The notes beneath the pieces are model-generated. The model was not told where the DNA came from, made no database searches, and saw only the letters and a program-made list of their open reading frames with translations. A stretch of DNA of 63,438 nucleotides, counting the filler, from Craspedostauros australis (lineage: Eukaryota), in NCBI GenBank assembly GCA_030167865.1. It is 19 parts of 19 records of this genome, joined end to end, with 100 filler letters (N's around TTAATTAATTAA, not from the genome) between each part and the next. Parts side by side here need not be neighbours in the genome. Positions count along the whole stretch, not along the records: positions 1 to 27,458 come from JALAGF010000608.1; 18 more parts are not named here. One strand, given 5' to 3'. Shown here piece by piece: positions 1 through 11,613 of this stretch (the stretch's first letter is position 1; each line of letters opens with the position of its first letter). A program made the position numbers and the translations under genes.

Positions 1-3000
1 CAAACTTGGTACTTGTGCTACGTATATTTGTACACAATATTTTTCATTGGTGGTAGGACATTTCAAACATAATCGAAATAGCTATCATATTATGTGTATG
101 CGACACGAAATCGTGACTTGTCCAAAAATGAAGAACACATTTGTCCGAATTGACACAATGTAACATGTCGCAGTACTTTGAAGCTTGTTTTCGGCATCAC
201 GTCCGTTCGCCAAACGACACGAAAGTGACACTCGTTTGCACAAGCGAACCTCACAACTAACCAAGCGCGCGATTGGGAATCGGGCGAGAGCGGCATCCGG
301 GATCAGGCACGCCCGGCGCGCAACTTCAGAGCTTGACGGGAACTACGTCATAAAGCACGACTCGATTCAGCTCAATCACGAGCTCGTCGAGTCGTGAGTG
401 GACAAATTACCGTGTTCCCCTGGTGCCTCAACCAGCCAGCTGCGACCAACGTTTTTGGTTACAGTTGGTTGCAATTGGATCACAATACAAATGCCATGTA
501 GATCGTAGTACACTCCCTACGAAAGTCCCGAACAAAACCAGGCTTGTAACAGCATCAATCAAGGTCAAACTCTCCGGACGTAGCTTGTGTGAGTGTTCCT
601 GTACTCATCTTTCCATAGTAACATCATATGGCATTTATATACCATCCTTAAGTTTGCTGGCTGTTGCTCCCCTTGCTCGGTGAGCACTGATGTGATCCAT
701 CAAGCACCCCCATCATTCACGGATGTGTTTGGCATCTGGTTGGCATGATTTCTTGTTCTGGTTGTTCCAAAGAAGTGTTCCAACCATCGATGACGTCACG
801 ATGACGCAAGCGTTGGAACCAGAATTCTCCAAACTTGCCGCCGAAATTGGGGATCCGAGTGGTCAAATATCATTCCGACCTCCATGGGAGCACTAAACGC
901 AAGCATACCACCATACCATCGCATTCAAACATAACAGAGACAACATGGCTGTGACCACATCGGCGAGAGGATTCTGAAATGATATCTATTGTACAGATTG
1001 AGTCGAAGACCGCTAAGTCCGGAGACTTCAAAGATGGAGAGTCCAATTTCTAGAATAACGAGGCAAGATCCTACCGGACTCCTGTAGAATTCTACATGTA
1101 GCCAACCGCAGCCAATGAAAACCCGGTATGTCCATTGTCCAAAGGAAAGACCATGCCAAGGAGGCCAACAAACACATTAAGATTGACGAGATGGTAGTAA
1201 CAACAAGATAATGTTATTACTTTCCTGGATAGCCCTGGCTCTTAAGTTTACGTAGATGTAAAGAGATGTTCGATTGGGTGTCTACAAATTCAAGGCTGAG
1301 ATCGGGACAAATGGATCCAAAATCTGTAGCCAAATGTGGCCGACAATTAGCAATTTTTGGGTTTGTTTGTTCAAGGCACTGGCACTTGAACTTTGCAATC
1401 GTTCCACCTGCCTATCATCAAAGAGCATGTCGAAGCCAATGCCTTCATTCAGGACTCCAACAGCTTGCTTGATCTTGGAGGCAGCCACTGTGGCCGCCGT
1501 CCGACTAGTTCGCCGTAGCATGTTTTTCTGCAAGGTTGCAGCACAGGTATGATTATGGCGTTTTCGCATTGAGAGATGTCGAAGGTGAAGATGGGAGAAG
1601 GAGGAGGGCAGGAATGAAATGGAGCAGGATCAAGCAAATGATGAGTGCGCGAGTATGACAGTTTGCCACAGGACAGTGCTGGTCGGCAATGTCCATCAAT
1701 CAAAGGCATCGTGCGCAGATTGACGAAGAAGGCAAGTGTGGGAAGATCAATCAACGGATACGATCAATGATGGATCTTCGTTCCACACCGTACTCACCAT
1801 CTGTTGAGAATGTCAAGAAGCTGCAATGAGAGCCTGCGCAGTCGAGTGGCCTGTCAGAAGCAAGACGACCTTTGAAATGATGTCACGTCGATGAATTGAT
1901 GCTGAGAGACGAAGGTGGAGCCACTCCAATGCTGGGGTGATCTTTCTTGGTCGAGACCGAAGCACCACGATCCATCTGCAACCCAGTCCACGGCGTCCGA
2001 CCACAGAGGTCCACACATCATGTGCGCAAGGAGGAAGCATCGGCGCAGCAACCACATCCGACAGAGGAAAGAACAACAAGATCAGCAACGAGACCACAGA
2101 ACAAGTCGAAATCTCAAAAATGAGAACCGTCTTGGTCCCGGAAAGAAGGGAATCACAGTTCGAGTCGAATGATTCGGATGTATGTTCAGTCGTGTCATGC
2201 CCAAGTTTCTCGCTCCAACCGTATCACATGTTTCAATCGGATGTGAGACGGCACGCGCGTGAATATGAAATTAATAGCTCAAATTTGATGGGAGTGCTCG
2301 GAGAGCCGTTGGCAACTCTCAACTGGCGATAGTGGTCGCCGCGCTCACAAAATCCCAACAACGATCACCGAATCACTTTTTGCGAGAAACGAACAAACGA
2401 CAAAACCATACTCCAACGGAGAGTCCGATCTGAGGAGTGCGCTGTTATTTTGTTCTCCAGTTGGATTGATTGTGTTGCAACGCTACGTGTCACGGTGGAG
2501 TGTGGATTATTGTGGAGTTGAGTACGCGAAGAGTCCTCGCATCGCCACCCGACTCTGCTGTACTCCCAGCACCAACAGCCTGATTGTTGTTGGTCGCGCG
2601 GAGATAACGCCAGATAGGATCAACCCATTTGAGGAGCATCTTCTTTGGCACTTCCAACTCTCCAGCGTATCAACATCACGCCTACAAACGTACACACACG
2701 CATGCACACACGCACACATCAACAGCAAGCATCGTTAACAATCGGGTACAAGATCTGCAAGAGTTCCTCGAAGTGGGAGAGAAACACAGAAACATCCCCA
2801 AGTCAAAAGCCGAAGCGGCGACTCTATTGTGTTGTCTCGTGTCGTTTGGAGCACGGCGTTGACTCTCGGCGTTGTGGACATTCGCAACAGGAACAAGAAT
2901 AGCAACAGCAAGTGAAGCAACAGCAAGTGAAGCACCAGCGTGCACCAACTTCCACTCCGACTGAATCAACACAACTTGAAAAAAGGTGGATGTGCATTGG

Positions 3001-3409
3001 TGGAGTAGTCGTCCGAAAATTGGAGATCATTCAAATCGCGACACATCATCGACATTAGCGGCGCCGAGCTGAGAAGAGCAGCAGAGGTGCAGTCAACAAT
3101 CGAACATCAACAAGCAACAAGTAACAATCGTACCCTGCGGACAGCGATACGGACAATAACCAAGCAACTCAACGACAAGCAACGGCTCCTCCTTACAGCC
3201 CGGTACGAACATACTATTACTCGTACCAACAACCAACATCCAACAGACCGAGAGCCGTCGACACAATCATCAAGAGGTTTGATTGAACGGCGCATACAAC
3301 ATCGAGATATTCACAGCATCCGACATCCACCAAGCAAGCAAAGTGGCATCAAGCACACAGCACACACCATACACCACACCGAAGAAGAAGAGAGAAAACT
3401 TTGGCCACC

Positions 3410-6400
3410 ATGAATCGATTCGACGACTACGAAGCGTCAGAGTACACTGTGGTAAGACGATCCGATACTCCATGTTCGATTGGTGCTTGACACCTGATGC
3501 GCATGGTGTGATCGGGTGTGTGATGCCTGAACGAAGCGAATCAACTGGATTCACCATGTCAACCACATACCACACGCATGTCAAGGATTGATGACAGCCG
3601 GCTCGGTGCTCACCTATTGTCGCGCGCCCAATCTGTTTCCATCTTCGTCGTACCATACATACCATTGCCAATCCAGCCTCCGATAGTGAATCATGTCGGA
3701 TACGTGCTGCGCGAACCGCGTGAACCGTACAGCGGCGAGATGCGAGACCTGTTCTCAAGGAATCGGGAGACGCAGTACGATTACTGCTACGGTCTCATCT
3801 TCGTCGCAGGAATGTTGTGCATCTTCTTCACGCTATGGTCCATCGTCATGATCGTGCTGAAGCTGAAGGGCAGGGAGGTCGGCTGTGCTTCTGGCATGCC
3901 CTTTCCCAAGGAGGCTCCTCTTGAATTCGACCAGCACGACCATGGACTGGCGCAAGCCGGATCCACTGACTCCTCTCATTCATACGCCGAAGATGATTTG
4001 ATGACCATCAACGAAGAAGGCGCAACATCAGACGGCAACGATGGAGACATGGGACAAGATGATTATCACGATGATGGTGTTGATGATGAAAGCAGATTCC
4101 ACTACGGTTCCGATTCTTTCTCTCAACGGTCCGACACGTCCAGCGCCATCGAGTATGAAAAGCAACAAGAGTTCATGAGATCACAGGCCGTTCCTCAGCA
4201 CGTGAAACGAAGGGAGAAGCGCACAAGAATGGTGTTTCTGTCATTCGGCGTGATCGCTTGCTCCCTTGTCCCAGTGGTCCTGCTCTTTTCCTTTGGACCC
4301 CTGCGTGAGGCGCTCGGCTCCATGGATGATGTGCTTCTGGTAAGTGATGCATTTATGTGTTGGAAACACCTCTGCTTGACGAAGTGTGCTTCATGCCATG
4401 TCATGCCCTGCAATTTCCATTGTCATCCATTCAATTGTTCCATCACTCACTCAATCAATCATGCACTCATACAATCATCCGCGTTCTGGAACCGTGCACT
4501 CTCACCTACAACAACAAACCAACATACAACGACGATGTGGACCATGACGATGTCAACAATGATCATGTCAATATTGCGATGAAACAGTCCGCAAGGAACA
4601 TCCTTGGGCAGGTTACGACGTCGGTGGACAGCATCGATAGCGCCGTCCAAGCCACGGACAGCATCATTGAGGAAACCCCGGTTGACATGGCCTCCATCTG
4701 CCCTGATGTGGCCGAGGATGAACTTGAAGCAGTCTTGGGCATCGATCTCTCGGAGCTGTCGGAAGTGTTGGAAAAGGACTACCAGTCTCTCATCGATGAC
4801 GTGAATGGCAACATCACGGATGTGCAAAAGGCGGTCCGACAGATTGATGATGGCATCTTCCACATCGAGGAGACGGTGAATGATGTCAGCGACAGTCTTT
4901 GGGTGATCCCTGGCATCTTGCTGGGAGTTACCGTGCTCGTGACCGTGTCCATGTTCTCCGTCATCCTTGCGTGGAAGGAGCGGTCAGGGCCATCCATTCA
5001 ACGAGTCATGTCGTATGTCCTCCTGCCGATGCTCGTTCTCATGCTGCTCCTCATCTGGGGCCTCATGCTATCGGCTGCATTGGCCACCATGCTGAGCACC
5101 GACATGTGCACGACCAGCAGATCCTCAGGTTCACCGGACCAGACCATCTACCAAATCATGATGGACCATGAGCTGGATCCCAACGACACGGTCTTCAAAT
5201 TCGTGAACGCGTACACGAACGTAAGTGTGAATGAAGCGTTGTGATGACCCACAACCACTGCCATTGCAGACGACAAGTATTTTGCAGCGGCTGATTGGTT
5301 TGGTTGCATGTCGTTGCGAAGATTCCGTGGTGAAGCAAATGATATCACTCATCATCTCATCATTCTATCTCCCTCCACTGTACTCATTTCGCAACGCGAT
5401 ATGCCAATCCATTCTACATTCTGCTTCGTCCCCCTTTTCCGGACGTTACAGGGATGCTCCGGCGAAGATCCGACCGCGGACATCAACGAGATCGAGTCCG
5501 AGGTGCAGATCAAAATAGATACCATCTGGCGATTGATCTCCACGGTGGACTCCATCGGAAGACCCACCATCAAATCCAAATGTGGCGGTGACGGCAGAGC
5601 GTTCGATGAATTCCTGTCGGGAGCAAGAAGCGTGGCCAAGCAACTGACGTCGGTCCGCAGAGCATTGGACAGCGCCGGTGCGTCGCTGCAATGCCAAAGC
5701 ATCAACCCTGTCTACATCAAGGCCAGCCATGATCTGCTGTGCACCGACAGCGCATCGGCGTCGGCATACGGATTCATCCTGTTCTTCGCTCTCTCCTTAT
5801 GCGTCATGATTCTGATCGGCTTGCGCGCCTCGTGGCTTCGTAGCATCGTTGAAGAGAAGGTGTACCACAACGAAGACGAGGTCGCTGAGAACATGTTCCT
5901 GGATGAGCACGAGGAGTATCTGGAGTACATCTCCCGCTACAAGCATGAGTGGCAGGCCTACCAAGGATACAACGAATGCACGGCCTCATCCGGCGGTCAC
6001 TCTGAAGACAACGACGTGGTGTCGTACGACAGCTTCATCGACCATGGCAGCGAGCCCCTGTACTTTGAAGATGAGATGGACGTGGGATCGCGCACGGACG
6101 GAGAAGGTTACCACGCCTCCGATGAAAACTCGTACGAGCAAGTCGACGCGGTGCCACAGGATGGCGCACGATCGGGCCCACAGCCAGAGCTGGATGAGAT
6201 CTCGTTCCCTTCGCTGGCCAGCAACAATAGTGACGATCCCTTCGAGGATGAGAAGGACTTGGTGTCGCCACCGAAGAATCCCGAGTTTGAAGATGACCGC
6301 ACCGCAGCCATCATCCCACAGACCGGCAGCGGGGATAGCGGTCGGTCAAGCCGTGGACGCGATCCGCAGAGACGACCAGTGAATACTGCTGCCACACCGG

Positions 6401-7068
6401 ATGCCGCCATGTTAAAGGAATCGTGCCCATCCGATGAAAAGACGCAAATCAGCCGAGATCCACCCGGCGCCGACCAAATCCTGCACGCCACGAGCTCCGG
6501 CGAAAGCAGGAAGAGCCGAAACCTGGATGCGCGCTTCCTCGATGCCGCCGCGTCCTTGGCCGTGGAAGAAGCCATGCTGCAGCAAAGCAGCTCGAATGAC
6601 AGCGGCAACCTGAAGCCATCAAGCAGCAGCAGCAGTTCGGATGGCACGAAGAAGTCGCGTCGCAGTGGAAGGAGTGGACGCTCTGTCAAGGAACGATATG
6701 CCAGAGCACGATCGCCATCGGTTATTGCGGATGACGATGACGGCAGCAAGGTCAACGAGGAAGCCGCCGTGATGCCGGAGATCGAACTGGAACTGGACGA
6801 GGACAAGAAGGTCGCCATCCACCAATCCAGACCACCGCAACCACCCTCGTCGTCACGACAAGCCGCAGGCAACAAGGAACTGACGGATATCGTCGAGGAT
6901 TGCTTGCAGCGCAGCGCGTCCATGATCGAAAAGACAAGGAAGATGAACGGCAGCAACAGTAACAACAATGTGAAGCGGCAAGAAGAAAACGAAGCCGTCA
7001 TGGCGAAAAGGACCAACGCAGCAGCCATTCCTTACGAGAAACGCATCCGCTCGAATCCTGCATTTTAA
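3410..7068 (+). CDS. Five-TM membrane protein, Tweety/prominin-like, ~984 aa; exons 3410-3451, 3677-4339, 4588-5220, 5452-7068
   Basis: ATG in GCCACCATG context. Three GT..AG introns (donors gtaaga 3452, gtaagt 4340, gtaagt 5221) join the ORF-track pieces in phase 0. Five hydrophobic helices with two large loops, an STDMC motif after TM4 resembling Tweety SDFC, and a long acidic/Ser-rich tail. Family call is from motif memory. Confidence 0.75.
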
Positions 7069-7317
7069 TCTAACTTTGTGACAATAGACAGTATCTTGAC
7101 AAGACTCGAGTCAAACAAATTTGTGCATCGCTGCGCGCGTGCCTTCGTTCTGTTTCACACGACACAATGCTGCGTGGCGATGTTCCCGTGACACAAACAC
7201 GGCGACGTTGCACGGTTGGAGTTTCGCTCCAAGAACCACAAACAAATGTCTCAGAGAGGAACACTCCACCCAATCATACTTCCGAGTGCGACACAATACC
7301 CAAGACAACACTGCAAG

Positions 7318-10300
7318 ATGTCCTTCTTCCGCCGCGACGACGATGACGATGACGATGACGAGATCGACAGCGACGAGCAAACGGCCGACGAGTTCGAGGA
7401 CGATCTTGGCAGCGAAGCGGAGGACGACGATGATGATGACGACGTCGATCCTTTGGCCTTGCTGGCCGCGGCCAGGGAACGTACCAAAGCCATTCCGCTG
7501 CGGCAGCCCATGCCTGTGGACAGCGAGACGGATGATTCCGAGCTCGATGACTACACGACGGATGAGGATGGGTTGGACGATGATGAGGATGAGGATGATG
7601 ATGACAGCGGCAGTGAGATTGGCAGTGAAAGCGAGGATGAAAGCGAGAGCGAGAGTGACGGCGGCAGCGATGAAGAAGACGACGACAATGACGATGACGA
7701 TGACAATGCCAATGAGAATGGTGAGGCAGCAGCAAAGGTGGAAGCGGAGCCAACCGCAGCAGAAGCTGCATCCACACCGACGGCAGAAGTTGCAGAATCG
7801 ACTCCATCAGACGCGGCTGCTGTAGTTTCATCTGATGAAGCAACTCAGCCTCCAGAAGACGCACAAGCAGCAAAAGAAACAGAACAAGCTGCAGCTGCAA
7901 CGGAAACATCAGCAGAAGGTGGAGACGCAGGGGAACCAAAGCAGGCAGATGATGCTGCTGCTGCTTCGGAAACGCCAAAGCCAGCGGATGCGCAGCCAAA
8001 TGACGATGCGGATGGTGACAAGCAGAGCGCGGATGCGGATGCATCTCAAACTCAACCTCCTGCCGCCGACGGAGATGATGATGATGGGACGAAACCGAAA
8101 TCTGCGGATGCAAACACCGATGAGGCCGTCACAAAGAATGAGGAAGGGACCGACACGCCAGCAACAACGCCAGCTGCAACTGCAGCAACTACAGCAACTA
8201 CATCAACCGAAACGACAGAAGAACCCAAGCCAAAGACAAAGTCAAAGACGAAGTCAAAATCGAGCAAGCGAAAGTCGACGAGAAAATCAACATCAACATC
8301 AGCAGCCAACAAGGATGGAAGTCCCAGGAGGAAGAACAAATCCAAAAAGGGACCCAAGTCCAAGAGGGCGTCCAGATCCACGCTCGAGATGCTCAACGCG
8401 GATGAACCCTTGGACGCTGCTGATCTCCTGGCGTTTGCCAAACGACGAACCGCCATGACCAAGTCTCTGCCATCATCGCGCCGTCACACGCAGCTCGATT
8501 TGGACTCCAAGCAATCCTTCCAGCTTCTGGCCACAGGTGGGGCACCGGCCAACAGGAGAGCCAGCAACACATCCACCCCCACTGCCACCACCGCATCAGA
8601 TTCTCGCCAAGCCAACGGCCAGGGTGCCCGCGAGGATGCCAACAACAACAGCAACAGCAACAACAACAGCAAAACACCCGGCGGATTCCTCGCATCGGCA
8701 GTCTCCAACCTCGAAATGCGTCGCCAGCAGCTCATGGGCGCTGCTTCGGGTGCCGACGGACCTGCCGCGTCCAAGCGAGAATCCTCGGAGTCTGCGAGTC
8801 CGACCAAGCTCATGGGGGCCATCTCCAATGCAAAATCAGCCATCACCGCTGCCGCTGCAACCGCATCCGCCACAGCCAATGCCGTCGCCACGCCTGGCAC
8901 CTACTCTCTAGAACATCACGCGGAATTCTGCAACCTGCGTGCCGAGGCGACCATCAACACGACCACCGTCGATGCCAACGACCATTCCGTCCAGCCAAAG
9001 TACTTCCAGTACTGCGACATTTCACACATGCTCATCTACAGCTCCGACCCAAAGAAACTCATCAACAGCGTCAAGGACTACGTCTCACCCGTCCCTGAAC
9101 ATGATCTCAAGGAGCTCTTCTGTGGTCTGCAAAATCCCGTCCCATCCACCTCGCCCGGCGATGATGCGGCCAACATTGTCCTCACCAACGTCCTGCCTGT
9201 TCGCACGATGGCCATCCGCGTGCGTCCCGACGTCTCCACGACCTCCATCATGAGCGCCGTGCAGGCGGCCTTCGACAAGCAGCCAGGCATCGTCTCCGTC
9301 CTCAAGAGAGAGGCAGGTCACTTCCAGGGACTGGTGGATTACGAGGACTACCCCGCCACCGCCAAGGCACCATCCTCCTCCTTCGTCATCGATGCGCAGA
9401 TCGTCACGCAGGCCTACAGCGCCAACCTCGAACGACGTCTGCTCATCCGGATCTTCCATCCGTGGCACGTCTACAAGCAGTTTGCAAAGTCCACGATCAC
9501 TACCGACGCCGCGCAGGACGCCGCAGGCAGCAGTCTCCATTCGGCGTCATCCCACGACATTTCTTCCTCGACGCACGTCATGTCATCGTCGTCCACGCGC
9601 GACGTCCCCCTCAACCTCCTTCTCAAGCAGGCCAGCTCCATGATCCAATACCTCAACTTGCGACGACGACGCGGCTCCACCAACCTCCTCAAGAACAACG
9701 CCAAGGAGATGACGCAGTACCTCCTCAATCAGTACAAGGACAGTCCCACCGTGCGCACGGCCGCACTTCGAACGAACAAAGGTGCTGCTCGTGGCAGTGC
9801 CGCGGGCAGCAGTGACAACGATGATAACACCTTCCTACCGGCGCTGTCCTTCATTGATTGGATGCTCATCCAGTCCTCGTGGACCTTGCTGTTCCGTATC
9901 TGGAAGGAACTCACGGCGGCCAAGTGCGAGTTCTCCTGTCTCGAATCCTTGCCGTTGGGTGGAGGGCACAAGTCCAGCGAGGATGAAGAAAAGAAGGAAC
10001 CCGCAGCGGATGACAAGAATGGCGATCAGGCCAATGGCGATGATGATGATGATGGGGAGAAACCGGCGACGGCGGACAAGGTCACGCAGAAGGCGACCAC
10101 ATCACTGCTCGACAGCACATACATCGAACAGCTCCGTACGATCGCCAAGAACATCCTCCTGGCAGAAGTGGACATGGTCAACCAGGAGCTCCTCACCATG
10201 GAAGAAACCAACGAGGCCACAGCCTCCAACTTCATCTCCCTCATGTCGCTGGCATATGCCAAGTACGAGCTGGAACGCCCGCCGCTGCTCGAGGCGGAGG

Positions 10301-11112
10301 ATGACATGATGGACGTGCAGCCGGATGGCAGCAAGAAACGCCGCAAGAGCCGACCCATCAAGCTGGAGCTGATCATGGAGGAATCGGCAGATGCCCTGCT
10401 CAAGGACGAGCTGGAGTCTATAACGACCGGCGTCAAAGATGAGGAGGATGGCATCCCGCGCGATGATCACATCGCCTTTTGCGAGTACGTCGTGAAGCAT
10501 GCCTACGCGGCTCTGTCGAAGCAGGCCGATCACGCCCAGGCGCAGTACATGCGTGAGAAGAACCTGTACCTCATGCGCCGTCACAACACTCTGGAAACGC
10601 ACCAGCACACCCTCATCGAGCATCTGTGCGACCAAGACAACGACTGGACGATGGGAGCCACGCACACCTTCGCCCAGCTGGCGCAGAAGGCCTCCAACAT
10701 GAACGCCAAGTCCGCCGACAACAAGAAGGGCCGCCGCCTGCTCAAGTTCCTCGCGCAGAAGCAGCTGCCCGTCTTCGACTTCAGCTTGCTCAACAACGGC
10801 GGGCAGTGCTTCGTCACGAAGACCCTCTTCCTCGTCTCCACCATCGGCGTCCTGCGCAACCAGACCAAACTCTTCGAACTGCAGCAGATCTACTTCAAGC
10901 TCGAGATGCCCACGGTTCTTCCCTCGCAGGCGCCGCGCGCACCCACCACGCTGGTCGTCTTTGAAACCGCCACGAAGAAGCGTCTCATGAAGCTGAAACC
11001 GGAGGCCACCGTGCCCATCGAGCGGCTCCTGCTCTTCCTCAAGACTCTGCAGGAATTTCAGGCCAAGTTTTATCCCACCGAATCGGACAACAAGTTCGTG
11101 GATACGGCGTAA
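7318..11112 (+). CDS. Large hypothetical protein (~1264 aa) with very acidic low-complexity N-terminus and possible C-terminal PH/GRAM-like domain
   Basis: Uninterrupted ORF with strong GC3 bias. Likely start ATG 7318 (MSFFRRDDDD). D/E tract, then Ala/Thr/Lys-rich linker, then globular-looking region (VLPVRTMAIRVRPDV), coiled coil and beta-rich C-terminus. Confidence 0.85.
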   Translation: MSFFRRDDDDDDDDEIDSDEQTADEFEDDLGSEAEDDDDDDDVDPLALLAAARERTKAIPLRQPMPVDSETDDSELDDYTTDEDGLDDDEDEDDDDSGSEIGSESEDESESESDGGSDEEDDDNDDDDDNANENGEAAAKVEAEPTAAEAASTPTAEVAESTPSDAAAVVSSDEATQPPEDAQAAKETEQAAAATETSAEGGDAGEPKQADDAAAASETPKPADAQPNDDADGDKQSADADASQTQPPAADGDDDDGTKPKSADANTDEAVTKNEEGTDTPATTPAATAATTATTSTETTEEPKPKTKSKTKSKSSKRKSTRKSTSTSAANKDGSPRRKNKSKKGPKSKRASRSTLEMLNADEPLDAADLLAFAKRRTAMTKSLPSSRRHTQLDLDSKQSFQLLATGGAPANRRASNTSTPTATTASDSRQANGQGAREDANNNSNSNNNSKTPGGFLASAVSNLEMRRQQLMGAASGADGPAASKRESSESASPTKLMGAISNAKSAITAAAATASATANAVATPGTYSLEHHAEFCNLRAEATINTTTVDANDHSVQPKYFQYCDISHMLIYSSDPKKLINSVKDYVSPVPEHDLKELFCGLQNPVPSTSPGDDAANIVLTNVLPVRTMAIRVRPDVSTTSIMSAVQAAFDKQPGIVSVLKREAGHFQGLVDYEDYPATAKAPSSSFVIDAQIVTQAYSANLERRLLIRIFHPWHVYKQFAKSTITTDAAQDAAGSSLHSASSHDISSSTHVMSSSSTRDVPLNLLLKQASSMIQYLNLRRRRGSTNLLKNNAKEMTQYLLNQYKDSPTVRTAALRTNKGAARGSAAGSSDNDDNTFLPALSFIDWMLIQSSWTLLFRIWKELTAAKCEFSCLESLPLGGGHKSSEDEEKKEPAADDKNGDQANGDDDDDGEKPATADKVTQKATTSLLDSTYIEQLRTIAKNILLAEVDMVNQELLTMEETNEATASNFISLMSLAYAKYELERPPLLEAEDDMMDVQPDGSKKRRKSRPIKLELIMEESADALLKDELESITTGVKDEEDGIPRDDHIAFCEYVVKHAYAALSKQADHAQAQYMREKNLYLMRRHNTLETHQHTLIEHLCDQDNDWTMGATHTFAQLAQKASNMNAKSADNKKGRRLLKFLAQKQLPVFDFSLLNNGGQCFVTKTLFLVSTIGVLRNQTKLFELQQIYFKLEMPTVLPSQAPRAPTTLVVFETATKKRLMKLKPEATVPIERLLLFLKTLQEFQAKFYPTESDNKFVDTA

Positions 11113-11613
11113 GCGTGTTGTGGGGCTGTGGGTGAACAGGTTGCTTGGAATGAATACAAACCAATCGATCGATCAATCCATCAATCAATCAATAGCTCAT
11201 AAATTATTTGGAGTTGTATTGTGCCATGTCGTCTGCGACAGAATCGTGGAATGTGGCAACGTGGACGGTCTCGCCGTGGAAATGAGAATGTTGCGAACGG
11301 CCCTTGTTGTTGAATGGCAACGGGCGCGAGGAACATGACCGTTTGTTGCTCAGCATGAAACGGTCACTCCACGGTCCAACAAAAGCGTGACTGAGTGATG
11401 GCTGTAAGATGTTCTGTTTGGACATGGTATCTTGTTCTGTGGGAATCCTTCTGACGGCAGTAGCGTGGATCAGCGTTGATGTCCATGGATGCGAGCCATG
11501 AGCAAGTGCCCACCTTCTCATACTCATAGTCCGTGCATCCATCGAATTGGATTGCATTGAGTTGAGTTGAGTTGAGTTGAATTGCTCACAAGCGAAGTCG
11601 CCTGGACGCAACG

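Noticed and set aside
560..2100. Possible decayed minus-strand gene (short ORFs, a gtgagt donor near 1797)
   Set aside because: Many stops and no recognisable family; cannot support a call.
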